64,000 nt of DNA from Octopus bimaculoides. Lineage: Eukaryota. How positions within the stretch are numbered: the first letter of the stretch is position 1; the number at the start of each line of letters is the position of its first letter. The position numbers and the translations under genes are program-made. The notes under the pieces are model-generated. The model ran no database searches, was not told the DNA's origin, and saw only the letters and a list, made by a program, of their open reading frames with translations. Positions 61,818-64,000 of the stretch are shown piece after piece. The stretch covers positions 127,100,477 to 127,164,476 of the forward strand of contig NC_068983.1 of the NCBI RefSeq assembly GCF_001194135.2. Reading direction: 5' to 3'.

Positions 61818-64000
61818 CAGTGGCCCGGGAACAAAATTTGCTTAGGGGGTGCAAATTCAGTTTCAAAATTTGGCACTACTGGAGAAGTGTGGATCCGAGT
61901 TCTGGGAGTATACATGTCACAAATTTGCGCATGTGCCCGTGTTAGTCGTAAGTAGTCAAATTTAGCACACAGGTAAAAAACGAGATGCTCGCTACTTGCT
62001 GTAAATGGAGAGTGGGTTATCCATCTAATACAAGAAGAAAATTGCAGATTAATTGAATAAAAGCATGAAAAATAACAAAATGACATTTCATTGAAAAGTA
62101 AACCATTCTGAAAGATAGTTCAGAATGTTTTCAAAACATTCATCTCCAGCTTTTCCCATATTTTATTAAGGGTTAGGGTTTAAAGTTAGGGGGGGGTGAA
62201 TGTTTTNNNNNNNNNNNNNNNNNNNNNNNNNNNNNNNNNNNNNNNNNNNNNNNNNNNNNNNNNNNNNNNNNNNNNNNNNNNNNNNNNNNNNNNNNNNNNN
62301 NNNNNNNNNNNNNNNNNNNNNNNNNNNNNNNNNNNNNNNNNNNNNNNNNNNNNNNNNNNNNNNNNNNNNNNNNNNNNNNNNNNNNNNNNNNNNNNNNNNN
62401 NNNNNNNNNNNNNNNNNNNNNNNNNNNNNNNNNNNNNNNNNNNNNNNNNNNNNNNNNNNNNNNNNNNNNNNNNNNNNNNNNNNNNNNNNNNNNNNNNNNN
62501 NNNNNNNNNNNNNNNNNNNNNNNNNNNNNNNNNNNNNNNNNNNNNNNNNNNNNNNNNNNNNNNNNNNNNNNNNNNNNNNNNNNNNNNNNNNNNNNNNNNN
62601 NNNNNNNNNNNNNNNNNNNNNNNNNNNNNNNNNNNNNNNNNNNNNNNNNNNNNNNNNNNNNNNNNNNNNNNNNNNNNNNNNNNNNNNNNNNNNNNNNNNN
62701 NNNNNNNNNNNNNNNNNNNNNNNNNNNNNNNNNNNNNNNNNNNNNNNNNNNNNNNNNNNNNNNNNNNNNNNNNNNNNNNNNNNNNNNNNNNNNNNNNNNN
62801 NNNNNNNNNNNNNNNNNNNNNNNNNNNNNNNNNNNNNNNNNNNNNNNNNNNNNNNNNNNNNNNNNNNNNNNNNNNNNNNNNNNNNNNNNNNNNNNNNNNN
62901 NNNNNNNNNNNNNNNGATACAGGTGAAGACAAGATAAGCTGCATTAACGCCAACACTTGTAGCATACTAGAACGAAAAATAGCATCAGACGCTCTCTATT
63001 TTTCAACTATGTCATTAAATGAGTTAGGCAAATTTTCCCTTTCCGTCCATAGGCCAGTAAGAAGTTTGATTTGAGATGACAGTAAGAGTAAATCAAAAGA
63101 AGCAGGTAGAAGCAGGTGCATTTTCAAAGTTAAATACTCCACATTTGACTGCTGACAATAGCAACTCCTCTTGCTCAGAGCATACACGTATTCCCTGTTG
63201 CTGAAACCGGTGAGTCAATTCATTTTCGATGACAGCCACTATAGAGAAAAATTGCCGACGCCAGTGTTCGGTGACAGAAAGAGCAACTTCTTCAGTAGTT
63301 GTTGTGTGCCTAAAGCGCAGTGGTGTATTTTTAGATCGCGAAATGTTGGGTATTTTCACCAAGTCAGAAGAGGATACTTCATCAAAATATTTTTCAAAAA
63401 CCTTCTCACTTCTCATTTTTGAAAGAGAGTTTTTCAACTTTTCAATCAATTTCAAGCAATCGCCGGCTGTCGTGCCTGGACGCTGTAAGCTACGTGCCAC
63501 TGGCTCACATACCCCAAATATATTCCCAGCGATTTTAATGCCAAACAAAATAGAAGCTTTGCCAGATTGCTTTAGCAGCCCTTTAACAGTAGCCTTCGTT
63601 GTTGCTCTTAACGAGAAGTCATTAAGAAAGTCAAGCAAAACAATTTTGAATATTCTTATAATTGTTTTCTGCTTGTTTCAGTGCTGTTGCTCTAATGCAC
63701 TACCAAGTTGGACACACTGCTTGCAACACAAATATTTGTCCATTGTGCTTTTCTTTTTGGTGACTCTTTTACAAGAATGACGCATTGATGAACAAAGTTC
63801 AGTGCATCAGCTACAAAGGTAACCTTAAAACTAACTTCTTGGAGGACAAGGTCTAGAGAGTGGTTTCCACAGTGTAGAAAATATGTACCTGGGAACAAAT
63901 TTTTCAATCGCATTTGTACACTTGAAATGTTTCCACTCATGGTATTTGCACCATCAAATGAAAAACAGCATAACTTTGAGTCAAGTGAAATGCTTAGGTG
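61818..64000 (-). mobile_element. hAT-superfamily DNA transposon (partial; continues beyond the window)
   Basis: Transposase remnant at 62917-64000. A candidate terminus CAGTGGCCCGGGAAC..TAGGGGGTGC at 61818 resembles hAT TIR starts. The other end is not visible and a gap intervenes. Confidence 0.6.
62917..64000 (-). pseudogene. hAT (ZMYM1-like / Ac-type) transposase pseudogene, catalytic and C-terminal part
   Basis: FSFDGANTMSGNISSVQ.RLK..YFLHCGNHSLDLVLQ (CxxH motif), ..RWCIRATAL.., RRQFFSIVAVIENELTHRF and dimerisation-like MLQVLALMQLILSSPV. Broken by frameshifts and stops. Confidence 0.88.

Noticed and set aside
62167-62191. TTAGGG-like motifs next to a gap
   Set aside because: Only two or three imperfect units; too short to call an interstitial telomere.
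63229-63780. 183-aa plus-strand ORF
   Set aside because: Antisense to the hAT transposase remnant.

Overview
AT-rich eukaryotic (animal) draft-assembly DNA with many N gaps, almost all flanked by microsatellites. The repeat content strongly suggests an octopus/cephalopod genome (inference from SINE families recalled from memory, not a database hit). I find no intact host protein-coding gene, and most listed ORFs are microsatellite or gap artefacts. The window is mostly decayed mobile elements: the 3' end of an RTE LINE with tandem C2H2 zinc fingers, a full-length mariner (TIRs and TA TSD) nested in an RLE-type (R4/Dong-like) LINE, more RLE, CR1/L2-like and RTE-like LINE remnants, Helitrons (coding remnant plus non-autonomous copies), a hAT transposase pseudogene, three tRNA-derived SINE families and several MITE/foldback hairpins. 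The most notable signal is non-coding: at least five type I hammerhead ribozyme motifs in two sequence families, all with minimal palindromic helix III (the form that cleaves as a dimer). Two of them sit in the arms of a 154-bp inverted duplication at 38743-39115. This points to Penelope-like or retrozyme-like ribozyme-bearing elements. All structures were assigned by eye, and none was computed or tested.
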